Assembly (NCBI GenBank): GCA_019313905.1
Contig: JAFDAI010000005.1
Location: 2,997-66,996, forward strand
Source of the DNA: Deltaproteobacteria bacterium
GTDB lineage: Bacteria; Desulfobacterota; Syntrophia; Syntrophales; UBA2210
Length of the DNA: 64,000 bases
Reading direction: 5' to 3'
A model generated the notes under the pieces. That model had not been told where the DNA came from and made no database searches. It was given only the letters and a program-made list of their open reading frames with translations. Below are positions 22,139 to 31,762 of the stretch, in pieces (the first letter of the stretch is position 1; every line of letters begins with the position of its first letter). Both the position numbers and the translations under genes were made by a program.

Positions 22139-22639
22139 CTACATCTTATATTTTCCGAAGTCTTCGGAAGAGAGATTCTCAAGGAATTCTTTTAACTGTT
22201 CCCCTGTGTATTTGTTCAAGTCAGCCGTTTTATTGCCAAAATCGATATTTGTTGATTTCTCAATAACCTTTTCATCCACAAAGATGGGCGCGTCAGCCCT
22301 TAATGCAAGAGCAATCGCGTCGCTCGGACGTGCATCAACTGTAATGGAGACATCATCCCTCAGGATATGTATGGTTGCAAAGAAGGTGTTGTCTTTCAGG
22401 TCATTAATAACGATTTTCAGAACCTTAACTTCAAGAATTTTTAACATCTCGTTCATAAGATCATGCGTCATCGGCCTCGCCAGATTTATTTCTTCCATCT
22501 GTGTGGCTATGGCGCTTGCCTCGAACAGGCCTATCCATATGGGAATAGCCCTTTTCCCCTGCAGATCTTTCAATATTACTATGGGTGTATTTGTTATAGG
22601 ATCCATGGCAAGCCCAAATACCTTTACCTCTATAAGCAT
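22139..22639 (-). CDS. Bifunctional nuclease family protein (DUF151)
   Basis: PIWIGLFEA, RPMTHDL, DARPSDAIALALR. Confidence 0.92.
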   Translation of the reverse strand: MLIEVKVFGLAMDPITNTPIVILKDLQGKRAIPIWIGLFEASAIATQMEEINLARPMTHDLMNEMLKILEVKVLKIVINDLKDNTFFATIHILRDDVSITVDARPSDAIALALRADAPIFVDEKVIEKSTNIDFGNKTADLNKYTGEQLKEFLENLSSEDFGKYKM

Positions 22640-22648
22640 CTCTACCTC

Positions 22649-23968
22649 CTAAACCATTTCTCCTCTCAGAGAGTGCATGTGGGCCTGTACAATTCTCACA
22701 CGCACGGTTCTTCCTGTCAGGCCAATGTCACCCGCGAGATTAACAATTTTATTGCCCCTCGTCCTGCCGGTAATATCGGCGTCATTATTCTTGCTGACAC
22801 CCTCTATAAGTACATCCTTCACAATTCCCTCAAGACATCTGTTCTTTTCCAGACTGTTGCTTTCCTGAAGTGCCTGGAGCTCATATAATCTCTCACTCTT
22901 GACCCCTTCTTCAACCTTTCCATCATACCCTTCCGAAGCTGTGCCACGCCTGTCAGAATATTTAAAGGAAAAAACATTATCAAACCTTACTTCTTTCATA
23001 AGGTCAATAGTTTTTTGAAAGTCGCTGTCCCTCTCTCCCGGAAACCCGACGATGATATCTGACGTTATACTTATATCCGGGCACGCACTTTTTAACATGT
23101 CAATCTTTTTCAGATATTCCCCCGCAGTGTATCCTCTTTTCATTCTCTTCAACACATGATCAGAACCGGACTGCACCGGCAGGTGAATATGCTCACACAG
23201 ATTATCAAGATCGGCAAAACAGCCGGCAAGCCTCTCTGAAAGGTCTTTCGGGTGAGATGTGGTAAAGCGGATCCTGTCTACCCCGTCTATTTTACTGACC
23301 ATTCTCAATAATGCAGGAAAATCGGTGTCTCCAGAAAGTGTGCTGCCGTATGAATTGACGTTTTGCCCCAGGAGTGTCACCTCCCTGATGCCATTATCAG
23401 CGAGAAACCTGATTTCGTCAATTATGTCTCCGCCGGCCCTGCTTTCTTCCCTTCCCCTTACATAAGGCACAATGCAGTAGGAACAGAAATTGTTACATCC
23501 CTGCATAATTGTTACGTAGGCGCTCACATTTCCATCAGGAGGCAGGGTTCGGATGCCCAGAGATCTTACCGATTCGTGAAAAGAAGTGTCCACAACCTGG
23601 GATCCGGTATTGTTAATCTCCTCTATCATCTCGGGAAGACGGTGTATGTTATGCGTGCCAAGGACAAGATCAAGATATGGAGCTCTCCTGAAGAATCCTG
23701 TTCCATGTTCCTGGGCAAGACATCCCGCTACCCCAATAACAAGATCGGGCCTCTTTTCCCTTAGCCTTTTTAACCTTCCAAGCTGACTGTACGCTTTCTG
23801 GGCCGCTTTTCCCCTCACGCTGCAGGTGTTGACGATGATAATATCCGCCCTGTCGGCTTCATCTGTCTTGACATATCCCGCATCACTGAGAATCTGCGCC
23901 ATCTGTTCCGAGTCATGGACATTCATCTGACAGCCAAAGGTATGGATATAGAATTTTCCTGTGGACAT
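22649..23968 (-). CDS. miaB: tRNA-2-methylthio-N6-dimethylallyladenosine synthase
   Basis: TFGCQMNVHDSE, NTCSVR, GCNNFCSYC, C-terminal TRAM domain. Confidence 0.96.
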   Translation of the reverse strand: MSTGKFYIHTFGCQMNVHDSEQMAQILSDAGYVKTDEADRADIIIVNTCSVRGKAAQKAYSQLGRLKRLREKRPDLVIGVAGCLAQEHGTGFFRRAPYLDLVLGTHNIHRLPEMIEEINNTGSQVVDTSFHESVRSLGIRTLPPDGNVSAYVTIMQGCNNFCSYCIVPYVRGREESRAGGDIIDEIRFLADNGIREVTLLGQNVNSYGSTLSGDTDFPALLRMVSKIDGVDRIRFTTSHPKDLSERLAGCFADLDNLCEHIHLPVQSGSDHVLKRMKRGYTAGEYLKKIDMLKSACPDISITSDIIVGFPGERDSDFQKTIDLMKEVRFDNVFSFKYSDRRGTASEGYDGKVEEGVKSERLYELQALQESNSLEKNRCLEGIVKDVLIEGVSKNNDADITGRTRGNKIVNLAGDIGLTGRTVRVRIVQAHMHSLRGEMV

Positions 23969-24061
23969 AAAAGATACCCGCGTGCGTTAGCAAGAATTAA
24001 TGTTGGAGAAAATACTTGGAGAAATACAGATACCGACGATAATATCTTCGCCCTTAAAATG

Positions 24062-24088
24062 AAAAAGAGGGGGACTGCGCCCCCTCTT
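24062..24088 (-). terminator. Rho-independent terminator after ihfB
   Basis: AAGAGGGGG / CCCCCTCTT stem with U-tract on the minus strand. Confidence 0.6.
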
Positions 24089-24155
24089 GACTGCAATATA
24101 AGCCTATGACTCGATTTCCAGAATTTATTTACAAGAGATAAAAATATCGCACTAT

Positions 24156-24437
24156 TTATTTCCCGGAATTTACTCTTTCCTTGAGCTCTTTACCTACCTT
24201 GAAAAAGGGTAGCTTCTTGGAATCCACCTGTATAGTCCCGCCCGTCTTGGGATTCCTCCCGGTATATGAGCCGTAGTCTCTTACGACAAAACTCCCGAAC
24301 CCTCTGATCTCTATCCTGCCCCCATTCTTGAGCTGATCGCTGAACCCCTTGAAGATCAGACCTACTACATCTGCAGCCTGCTTTTCTGTCAGCCCATCTC
24401 TCTTACTCAAAGCATCTACCAATTCCGATTTATTCAT
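24156..24437 (-). CDS. ihfB: Integration host factor beta / HU family
   Basis: MNKSELV, RIEIRGFGSF, GRNPKTG, PFFKVGKELKERVN. Confidence 0.85.
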   Translation of the reverse strand: MNKSELVDALSKRDGLTEKQAADVVGLIFKGFSDQLKNGGRIEIRGFGSFVVRDYGSYTGRNPKTGGTIQVDSKKLPFFKVGKELKERVNSGK

Positions 24438-24562
24438 AAGACCCTCCTGTCAACTCGTCAAAATAATCTTAATAAAACCCTGCGTAGTTTCCAGCAAGGA
24501 ATTTCTTTCTGATATTATTTATTTTGTTATTAAAGTCAAGATAATTTTCATTGTTTTTCAGA

Positions 24563-25303
24563 TCAATTTTTTTTATCACGCGATCCCGAAAGTTCAATCA
24601 GGCTCTTTACTTCTCTTTTATGCATATATCTGTATTCTCCACTCTTAAGCTCTCCGAGACCAATATCGCCAATGGCGGTTCTTATCAGCCTCGCCACAGG
24701 ATGATCTGTCGAATCGAAGAATCTTCTTATTATTCTGTTTCTCCCCTCGAGTATTGTTAACTCTACCCAGGAGCTTTTTCTGTTGCTCTTTTCCATGGTC
24801 GCCCAGACCGGTTTAAAGCTGCCATCCTCCAGCATGGCGCCCTTTCTGATGGCCTCAATATCACTCTTTGTAAGGTTACCCCTGACTTTTACCATATAAG
24901 TCTTAGGTATCTTGAATGCCGGATGCTGTACCATGTGTGAAAAGTCGCCGTCATTGGACATTAAAAGCAGCCCTTCCGAATCGTAATCAAGCCTCCCGAC
25001 AGGGAATACCCTCTCAGGAACATCCCTTAACAGATCGGTGACGATCGGCCTGTTCTGCGGATCTTTCAGAGTGACAACATATCCCTTCGGCTTATTCAAT
25101 ATCAGATATACCCGGCTTACCGCATCCCCCGATATAAGCCCCCCGTCAACGCGTATCTCATCGCGCGAGGCGTCAACTTTCATCCCCGGTTGAGTTATTG
25201 TCATGCCATTCACGCTGACCCGCCCGTCCCGCATCATCTGTTCCGCCGTGCGCCGGGACGCTATACCATACCTGGCTATTATCTTCTGAAGGCGCTCTTC
25301 CAC
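24563..25303 (-). CDS. rluB: rRNA pseudouridine synthase (RluB-like, S4 domain)
   Basis: ERLQKIIA, NKPKG, GRLDYDSEGLLL; follows scpAB. Confidence 0.85.
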   Translation of the reverse strand: MEERLQKIIARYGIASRRTAEQMMRDGRVSVNGMTITQPGMKVDASRDEIRVDGGLISGDAVSRVYLILNKPKGYVVTLKDPQNRPIVTDLLRDVPERVFPVGRLDYDSEGLLLMSNDGDFSHMVQHPAFKIPKTYMVKVRGNLTKSDIEAIRKGAMLEDGSFKPVWATMEKSNRKSSWVELTILEGRNRIIRRFFDSTDHPVARLIRTAIGDIGLGELKSGEYRYMHKREVKSLIELSGSRDKKN

Positions 25304-25308
25304 AGGTA

Positions 25309-25830
25309 TTATTCCCCCAACTCTCTGAATTCTCTGAGCGTGGGCAGATCTGAAAGGGTCTTGAGACCAAATGTCTCAAGAAATTTCCTGGTAGTTCCAT
25401 AGATCATAGGTCTGCCCGGCACATCTTTTCTCCCCACTATTCTTACAAGATTTTTCTCCAGCAATCCCCTCAGGGTGCCACTTATATCCACACCCCGCAC
25501 TTTCTCTATCTCAGACCTCATGACGGGCTGCCTGTAAGCAACCACAGCAAGCGTTTCCATGGCAGCCGGGCTTAAAGCCGCCGGCTTTTGCCCCTTCAGC
25601 TTCTGCACCCATGATCCTACCGTTTCACCAGTCCTGAACTGGTACCCCCCGGCAACCTCCCTCAGGAATATGCCTCCATTTCTCTCTTCATATTCCCTTA
25701 TGAGATCATTGATTGCGGAAGAAATCTCCTTTTCCTTCACATCCTCCAGGATTCCCTCTATCCTTGAGAATGTTACGGGTGTATCAGAAACAAAGATAAG
25801 GGCCTCAATTACGGCCTTCAGATTATCCAT
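25309..25830 (-). CDS. scpB: SMC-Scp complex subunit ScpB
   Basis: IEALIF, VAGGYQFRT, ETLAVVAYRQP, GRPMIYGTT. Confidence 0.95.
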   Translation of the reverse strand: MDNLKAVIEALIFVSDTPVTFSRIEGILEDVKEKEISSAINDLIREYEERNGGIFLREVAGGYQFRTGETVGSWVQKLKGQKPAALSPAAMETLAVVAYRQPVMRSEIEKVRGVDISGTLRGLLEKNLVRIVGRKDVPGRPMIYGTTRKFLETFGLKTLSDLPTLREFRELGE

Positions 25831-26550
25831 CTATTTTCCCGCAAGGCATATCCTTATAGTCCCGTACGGAACCGCCTGGTATGCTCTGATTATTCTAAGT
25901 TTCATAAGTTCCAAGATGGCCAGAAAGGTATATATCAACCTCCTGCGGTTGCCCGCGTCCTCCAAGAGATCGGTGAAGGTAAGTTCACCCCTCCTTTCCA
26001 GTTCATCCACTATATCATTTATCCTGTCGGAAAGGGACATCTTTTCGACATCTATCTCCATCAAATCTTTCTGACCGACATCGAGACTTATTCTCCGGAA
26101 AGCTTCAACAAGTTCAAATATCCCGATTTCCCTGAGAGGCTGCTCCTCTTTCTCAATCTTTTCCCCCGCATGATCCCTGCCAAATACATCCCGGCCAAGA
26201 ATGCTCATCCTGTCCAGGCCCAGCGCCGCTTCCTTGAACGCCTTATACTCCAGAAGCTGTTTAACAAGTTCTTCACGCGGATCCACATCCTCTTCTTCCT
26301 CATCTTCTTCGCTGACGGGCAGAAGCATTCGCGATTTGATGTGTGTCAACGTGGCGGCGAGCACCAGATATTCCCCTGCAAGGTCAAGATTGAGGGACTT
26401 CATCGCGTCGATATATTTCATATATTGTCTGGTTATGAGGGCAATGGGAATATCGTATATATCGACTTCGTTCTTTCTGATCAGGTAGAGCAACAGATCG
26501 AGAGGACCTTCAAATATATCCAGCTTGATTTCATAAGCCCCGGCCGTCAT
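25831..26550 (-). CDS. scpA: Segregation and condensation protein ScpA
   Basis: FEGPLDLLLYLI, IKSRMLLP, FLAILEL. Confidence 0.95.
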   Translation of the reverse strand: MTAGAYEIKLDIFEGPLDLLLYLIRKNEVDIYDIPIALITRQYMKYIDAMKSLNLDLAGEYLVLAATLTHIKSRMLLPVSEEDEEEEDVDPREELVKQLLEYKAFKEAALGLDRMSILGRDVFGRDHAGEKIEKEEQPLREIGIFELVEAFRRISLDVGQKDLMEIDVEKMSLSDRINDIVDELERRGELTFTDLLEDAGNRRRLIYTFLAILELMKLRIIRAYQAVPYGTIRICLAGK

Positions 26551-27533
26551 ATCTTCACAGCTTCCCTTACCTGTTCCATGGTGAGACGCGCTATCTTCGA
26601 GGCCTCCTGTACGCCATCGGCTATTATACCCCTTACATCCTCCAAGTGGCTCAGGTAATAATCCTGACGTTCGTGTATGGGCGCCATGTTATCCAGTATC
26701 CGCTGCGCGAGACGCTTTTTGCATTCAACACACCCGATCTTGGCCTTTTTGCACCCATCTGATATCTCGTCCACCTCTGAAGAGGGCGAATATATCTGGT
26801 GAAACGCGAAGGCGTTGCATATCTCCGGCCTCCCCGGATCTTTTTTCCGCATCCTCTGTGGATCGGTAAACATGGAAGAAACCTTTTGTCTCAACACATC
26901 TCCCCGATCGCGAAGATAGATGGAATTATCGTACGATTTGCTCATTTTTCTTCCATCAATCCCGAGAAGCTTAGGCACTTCCGTCAGCAGGGGTTCGGGA
27001 ACGGGAAATACATCTTTGTACAGAAAATTGAACCTCCTCGCTATCTCACGCGTGAGTTCCACATGCGGGAGCTGGTCCACCCCTACAGGTACGCCATAGG
27101 CCTTGTACATTATTATGTCCGCGGCCTGAAGAACGGGATATCCCAGGAAACCGAACGTCGAGATATCTTTGTCGGATAATTCCGTCTTCATCTCTTTATA
27201 TGTCGGATTTCTTTCCAGCCACGAGAGAGGCGTTATCATGGAGAGTATCAGAAACAATTCGGCATGTTCCTTTACCTCAGACTGGACAAACAGTGTGCTC
27301 CTGGCAGGGTCCAGCCCCACGCTCAGCCAGTCCACAACCATATCCAGGGAGTTTGCCTTTATAAGATCGGTGCTTTTATAGTCACTTGTCAGTGCGTGCC
27401 AGTCGGCGACAAAGTAAAAACAATCATATATGTCTTTATTCTGGATATCCACCCAGTTTGCGAGAGCCCCGTGAAGATTGCCCAGATGCAGTCTCCCGGT
27501 GGGGCGCATACCACTCAAGATTCGTTTTTTCAT
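26547..27533 (-). CDS. trpS: Tryptophanyl-tRNA synthetase
   Basis: SGMRPTGRLHLGN, YPVLQAADI, KMSKS. Confidence 0.97.
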   Translation of the reverse strand: MKKRILSGMRPTGRLHLGNLHGALANWVDIQNKDIYDCFYFVADWHALTSDYKSTDLIKANSLDMVVDWLSVGLDPARSTLFVQSEVKEHAELFLILSMITPLSWLERNPTYKEMKTELSDKDISTFGFLGYPVLQAADIIMYKAYGVPVGVDQLPHVELTREIARRFNFLYKDVFPVPEPLLTEVPKLLGIDGRKMSKSYDNSIYLRDRGDVLRQKVSSMFTDPQRMRKKDPGRPEICNAFAFHQIYSPSSEVDEISDGCKKAKIGCVECKKRLAQRILDNMAPIHERQDYYLSHLEDVRGIIADGVQEASKIARLTMEQVREAVKI

Positions 27534-27592
27534 CGTTTTGCCTCAGAAAATATATTTAAGAGCGGTCGTATAACAAAAAAGAATGTCCCGTG

Positions 27593-28396
27593 TCAAACCA
27601 TCAGCTTCATTTCATCTATCCTGTGCAACAGTCTTTTTAGCTCTTTGTGTTTTTCCCCTTTTCTGCCGACAGCGGAAAGAACACCAAGCTCGTCCAGACG
27701 CCTTACAGGCAACAGCGGGTTTTCTTCCTTTAATATAAGTCTCAGTTCTGAAGAAATCCTGTGACCCGACAGCCTCTCGATAAGATCCGCAGAGACGGCA
27801 TCCCGAATGAGCTTTTCCGTAATACTCTCAATCCTGAAATCAAACCTCTTCTCAAACCTGGCGGCACGGAATATTCTCGTGGGATCATCAATAAAACTCT
27901 TTTCATGCAGAACTCTTATCAATCTCTTCCTTATATCATCCCTCGCATGGAAGAGGTCAAGCAATTCCCCAAACCGGTCGGGGTTCAGGTTGACCGCAAG
28001 TGTGTTTATGGAAAAATCCCTCCTGAACATATCATCCCTTATGGAACCGGGTACCACAAGAGGAAGCGCCGCGGGCCGTTCATAGGCCTCAGTCCTTGCC
28101 GTCGCTACATCGAGCTTGAAACCATCGGGAAACACAAGATTTGCCGTCCCAAATTTTTCATATGTGAGGAAACGCGCATTATGACCAACAGAGAATCCGG
28201 ACGCAAAGGCAATACCGTCTCCCTCTATAACCACATCAACATCGAGATTATCGCGCCGCAGGAACAGATCGCGCACAATCCCCCCTACGGCATACGCGCA
28301 AAAACCCATTTCTTCCGCACAGACGCCGGCGTCCCTCAACAGATTCAGGATACGTGATGGAAGCTGATTAAGTAACTCGCTGATATTCATAAGCAT
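27593..28396 (-). CDS. Short class II tRNA nucleotidyltransferase / poly(A) polymerase family protein
   Basis: VGGIVRD, DVD, DVATARTE, RRDFSIN, DDPTRIFRAARF. Confidence 0.88.
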   Translation of the reverse strand: MLMNISELLNQLPSRILNLLRDAGVCAEEMGFCAYAVGGIVRDLFLRRDNLDVDVVIEGDGIAFASGFSVGHNARFLTYEKFGTANLVFPDGFKLDVATARTEAYERPAALPLVVPGSIRDDMFRRDFSINTLAVNLNPDRFGELLDLFHARDDIRKRLIRVLHEKSFIDDPTRIFRAARFEKRFDFRIESITEKLIRDAVSADLIERLSGHRISSELRLILKEENPLLPVRRLDELGVLSAVGRKGEKHKELKRLLHRIDEMKLMV

Positions 28397-28450
28397 TTTC
28401 TATATATTCTGGAGGAAACTGCGGGTTGGGAAAAAACAGGAGAGGCAAAC

Positions 28451-28488
28451 AAAAAAATGGCCCCTGGCACTATCTAATACCAGGGGCC
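28451..28488 (-). terminator. Rho-independent terminator after HU gene
   Basis: GGCCCCTGG / CCAGGGGCC stem with 7-U tract on the minus strand. Confidence 0.7.
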
Positions 28489-28508
28489 GGCATGATCTTC
28501 AATTACTA

Positions 28509-28778
28509 TTAGACCTTTTCAGCAAGGGTCTTGCCCGCTTTGAACTTAATGACATTCTTTGCCTTGATCTGGATCTCTTCTCCGGTCTGCGGATTCCGGC
28601 CCGTTCTTGCTTTTCTCTTCACCACTGAAAACGTGCCAAAACCGACGAGACCGAGCTTGCCCTCTTTCTTGAGCGCACCAGTCACATTGGCAATGTACGA
28701 ATCCAGAGCTCCCGCAGCCTGTACCTTTGTTATCCCCGCATCCCCCGCAATAGCCGCTATCAATTCAGCTTTCGTCAT
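28509..28778 (-). CDS. hup: DNA-binding protein HU
   Basis: MTKAELIAAIA, LVGFGTF, ARTGRNPQTG; AGGAGAGG RBS before 28778. Confidence 0.92.
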   Translation of the reverse strand: MTKAELIAAIAGDAGITKVQAAGALDSYIANVTGALKKEGKLGLVGFGTFSVVKRKARTGRNPQTGEEIQIKAKNVIKFKAGKTLAEKV

Positions 28779-29068
28779 ATTTCCTCTCCTCCTTTTCACG
28801 GTTGTTGTGATATTTATAAACCAAGTACCTGAAACATGGTTTACACGTAATGCCTCCAAGCACCACTTCGTCCGATTGATAATGCCCAGCAAATCTTTTC
28901 TGGAAAGACTATAAGTAAAAGCACCGCAAACTCACGCCAGCACAATAACAGAAGCAATTAGATTCTGACGTAACATAAAGAAAATCAACAATCAAGCAAA
29001 AACTGCGGGGAATCACCGGAAAAACCCCGCTGGGAGAGAACGATCTTCCCGATTATCTCTTGAGAAAC

Positions 29069-29102
29069 AAAAAAAGGGAGGCGAACAGGCCGCCTCCCTT
29101 TT
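29069..29102 (-). terminator. Rho-independent terminator after pilA
   Basis: AAAAGGGAGGCG / CGCCTCCCTTTT perfect stem with U-tract. Confidence 0.8.
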
Positions 29103-29175
29103 ACCAGGGAATAGTGGTGGGTTGTATCAGGAGTTATAAGTATATCTGACCTCCTTTAGTTCCTTTTATGGCTTA

Positions 29176-29562
29176 TCAGCCCCCTTTGACAGCCGATGTA
29201 ATGGTGCCGTTTGCGTCAACCGAATAGACCAATGTGCCGTTGGCAGGCGTAGAGGTCATTACAAGGCCGGCCATGGTGCCCGTGGTAACCGCTGTAGTCA
29301 CATTGGCACTTGCCTTGAAACCGTTAGTCTGCAGGAGAGCTAAAGTTACAGTCCCTGTTGGATTTTCCGCAAAGTATGCCTGTGCCGCCGTGTAGGCATT
29401 TTTTACATCCGAGTTTGCCTGTGCGTTGAAACCCTTTGCCCTGTACGCCGAAAACTGCGGGATGGCGATTGCCGCCAGGATACCAATAATCGCGATGACG
29501 ATCATCAGTTCAATCAGTGTAAAACCCTTTTGTCCTTTTCTTCCGTTTAATTTCATCAACAT
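29176..29562 (-). CDS. pilA: Type IVa major pilin, Geobacter/Syntrophus-like
   Basis: Basic leader ...KGQKG|FTLIELMIVIAIIGILAAIAIPQFSAYR; monocistronic with RBS, sigma54 site and terminator. Confidence 0.93.
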   Translation of the reverse strand: MLMKLNGRKGQKGFTLIELMIVIAIIGILAAIAIPQFSAYRAKGFNAQANSDVKNAYTAAQAYFAENPTGTVTLALLQTNGFKASANVTTAVTTGTMAGLVMTSTPANGTLVYSVDANGTITSAVKGG

Positions 29563-29635
29563 GGTTCCTGCCTCCTTAAATCGATTTTTTTGATAACTTG
29601 AAATGCTACAATAGTTGTCTTTGATTTACTGGATT

Positions 29636-29651
29636 TGCAACGAGTATGCCA
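29636..29651 (-). promoter_or_regulatory. Sigma54 (-24/-12) promoter of pilA
   Basis: Minus strand TGGCATACTCGTTGCA, GG-N10-GC spacing, 74 nt upstream of the ATG. Confidence 0.8.
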
Positions 29652-29908
29652 GATTGATTTTTACAGCATAAACCTGTTCCAATGTTTGCACAACCTATTG
29701 ATATCACGACAGACTATTCAGCAGAAATTTTTCCTCACCTTGACGCTTCCATATCCGCGCTGTAATAGAAAACGGTGATTTTCACCTTTTATGTGTGATT
29801 TTCAGGGAGAGGCCGGTCAAGGGCTGGACGAGTACATGTGCCCCCTCTGCGGGACACAGAGACCCCACGCTACATAAGTGGATTTAACTTTTCAACAAGT
29901 TACCAGCA

Positions 29909-31519
29909 TCAAAAATAGATTGCAGGCCTTAACAGCAGGGGGGCTCCGATGTTGCCCAGATCTATGATGAAATGGCACACTACGCATGGAACAATGCTTT
30001 CATTTTTCTCCTTAATCAACCCCAGAAGCATCCCGTACAAAAAGGCAAACGAGGCAAACTGCAGGCCGCCTATAAAATAATGTGGAAGGGCATAGACCGC
30101 GCTTTGTATGACATTAACAAAAAGTGTCGACCTGACGAATTTCCTGAGGAGTTCAAAAAGAGTAAGCCTGTAGAAAATTTCCTCGCTGAACGCGTTCAGC
30201 AGGCTGAGAATGATAACGGGCAACCAGACGGCCGTCCTTGAACTATCCACGGGATTTCTCATGAGCAGATACATTGAATACCAGGAGCTGATGATAATTC
30301 CGACAAAAAATACATTTGAAAATTTTTTCCAGGCAAACTGTTTCACAAATGGAATCCTTGCCCATTTGAGCCACAAAAGGGACAACCATGCCAGGATAAA
30401 CAGCGGCAGGTAAGTCATTATACTGGCATACACCGTGGCCAATCTGGCGGAACCGGTAAATGGCCACCTGACATAACCGCGGCTGACCAGATACAAAACA
30501 GCACCCATGAAAACAAACATGCAAACCAGATATGAAACCAGTGGAAAATACCGGTTCATCCGCGATCTCAGCAATAAATTACGGGGCTTATGCTCCGTTT
30601 TGATTCCAGATGGCAACGGGCCTAAAAGGACTTCCGAAGAAGGCGCCAAATATCGCGGGTTTTTTTGTGTGAGCAGCAGGATAAGAGTGCCCGTCATTAT
30701 AAAAATGAGCATGATGAGCTGAGGCTGGGTGAGACCGAATGCCTCTATCCTGTTCGTTCTGATAAATTCCATAAGGAACCTGACAGTACCATACAGAACC
30801 AGGTATCCCCCTACTACCCCACCCTTATTTCGTATAAGACCAAAGGGCCACGCGAGCCACTCGCGAATCCGTATGAAAAGGCCTGCCTGATCAGACAAGA
30901 CCCCGGATGCCACTTTTTGAACAACCCCACCTATGTAAATTCGGTTGTAAATCCGGCTTAAAATAAAAAATATGGTCAGATTGGCCAGGATTGCGTAAAG
31001 GGGGACAGGATTTGTAAAGGAGAAGTGGCTGCCAAAGACAGTGAAGCTGAGGGGTTTTCCCCAGCAGCAGCCAGCGGATAAACATCCCAGCCTACCGATC
31101 GCGTGCGCCAGGGGCACGTGCATAAAAGCCATGTCAACGACGCGCATCTCAGCAAACCGGAAAAGAACTGTTAGAAGGAAAAAAAAGGCCACAGGCAGAA
31201 TCAGACTGGCGTGGAAGGTGTGAAGGGTACCGGAGGTAATTTGGGTGTAAAACAGTTCCAGGCTCCAGCTTTTCAAAGGATAGTGCAAAATGCCCCCCGC
31301 CCTGCTGCTTATATAACCGAGGGGGAAAAAGAAGAGGGCCATCATAAGGACGAAAGAGGTAACCTTTCGCTTCGGATAGCCCGCCTGCAACATCCTTCTG
31401 TAAAAGAAAAAAGAAGCGGTAAAGATGCCGAGCAGGATAAAAAAATAGTAAACCGCGTTTACGATCGAGAGGACCTGGTGATAATCAAAAAGATACCGCT
31501 GAAGGACAAACTTGAGCAC
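29909..31519 (-). CDS. Fusion of an Lgt-like diacylglyceryl transferase domain and a CPBP (type II CAAX/Abi) intramembrane protease
   Basis: N-half: TFHAS, IGRLGCLSAGCCWG, YGTVRFLMEFIR; C-half: SEEIFYR, YALPH, CHFIID. Confidence 0.8.
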   Translation of the reverse strand: MLKFVLQRYLFDYHQVLSIVNAVYYFFILLGIFTASFFFYRRMLQAGYPKRKVTSFVLMMALFFFPLGYISSRAGGILHYPLKSWSLELFYTQITSGTLHTFHASLILPVAFFFLLTVLFRFAEMRVVDMAFMHVPLAHAIGRLGCLSAGCCWGKPLSFTVFGSHFSFTNPVPLYAILANLTIFFILSRIYNRIYIGGVVQKVASGVLSDQAGLFIRIREWLAWPFGLIRNKGGVVGGYLVLYGTVRFLMEFIRTNRIEAFGLTQPQLIMLIFIMTGTLILLLTQKNPRYLAPSSEVLLGPLPSGIKTEHKPRNLLLRSRMNRYFPLVSYLVCMFVFMGAVLYLVSRGYVRWPFTGSARLATVYASIMTYLPLFILAWLSLLWLKWARIPFVKQFAWKKFSNVFFVGIIISSWYSMYLLMRNPVDSSRTAVWLPVIILSLLNAFSEEIFYRLTLFELLRKFVRSTLFVNVIQSAVYALPHYFIGGLQFASFAFLYGMLLGLIKEKNESIVPCVVCHFIIDLGNIGAPLLLRPAIYF

Positions 31520-31697
31520 ACAAAGACCTCTTTAGGAATCAAGAATAAATAAGTTATACAGATTGCGCCGTAATTCTGTTTGTTTTCAAGGCGTGTTGAA
31601 GCGCACATAACGAGTTATGTAAGCTTTGGCACAACACAGAAAACAAGCAAAAGGACAAGCAGGGTGTATGAGTTATTTATGCTTGCTGACTTAGTAC

Positions 31698-31729
31698 AAA
31701 AAAGTCCCGGCCGGACCGGGACCCTTTTT
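31698..31729. terminator. Hairpin terminator after the 1078-aa pilin-like gene
   Basis: GTCCCGG / CCGGGAC stem flanked by A6 and T5 tracts. Confidence 0.6.
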
Positions 31730-31762
31730 ATCCGCCAGAGACGGAAAATAGTTTATGATTAT

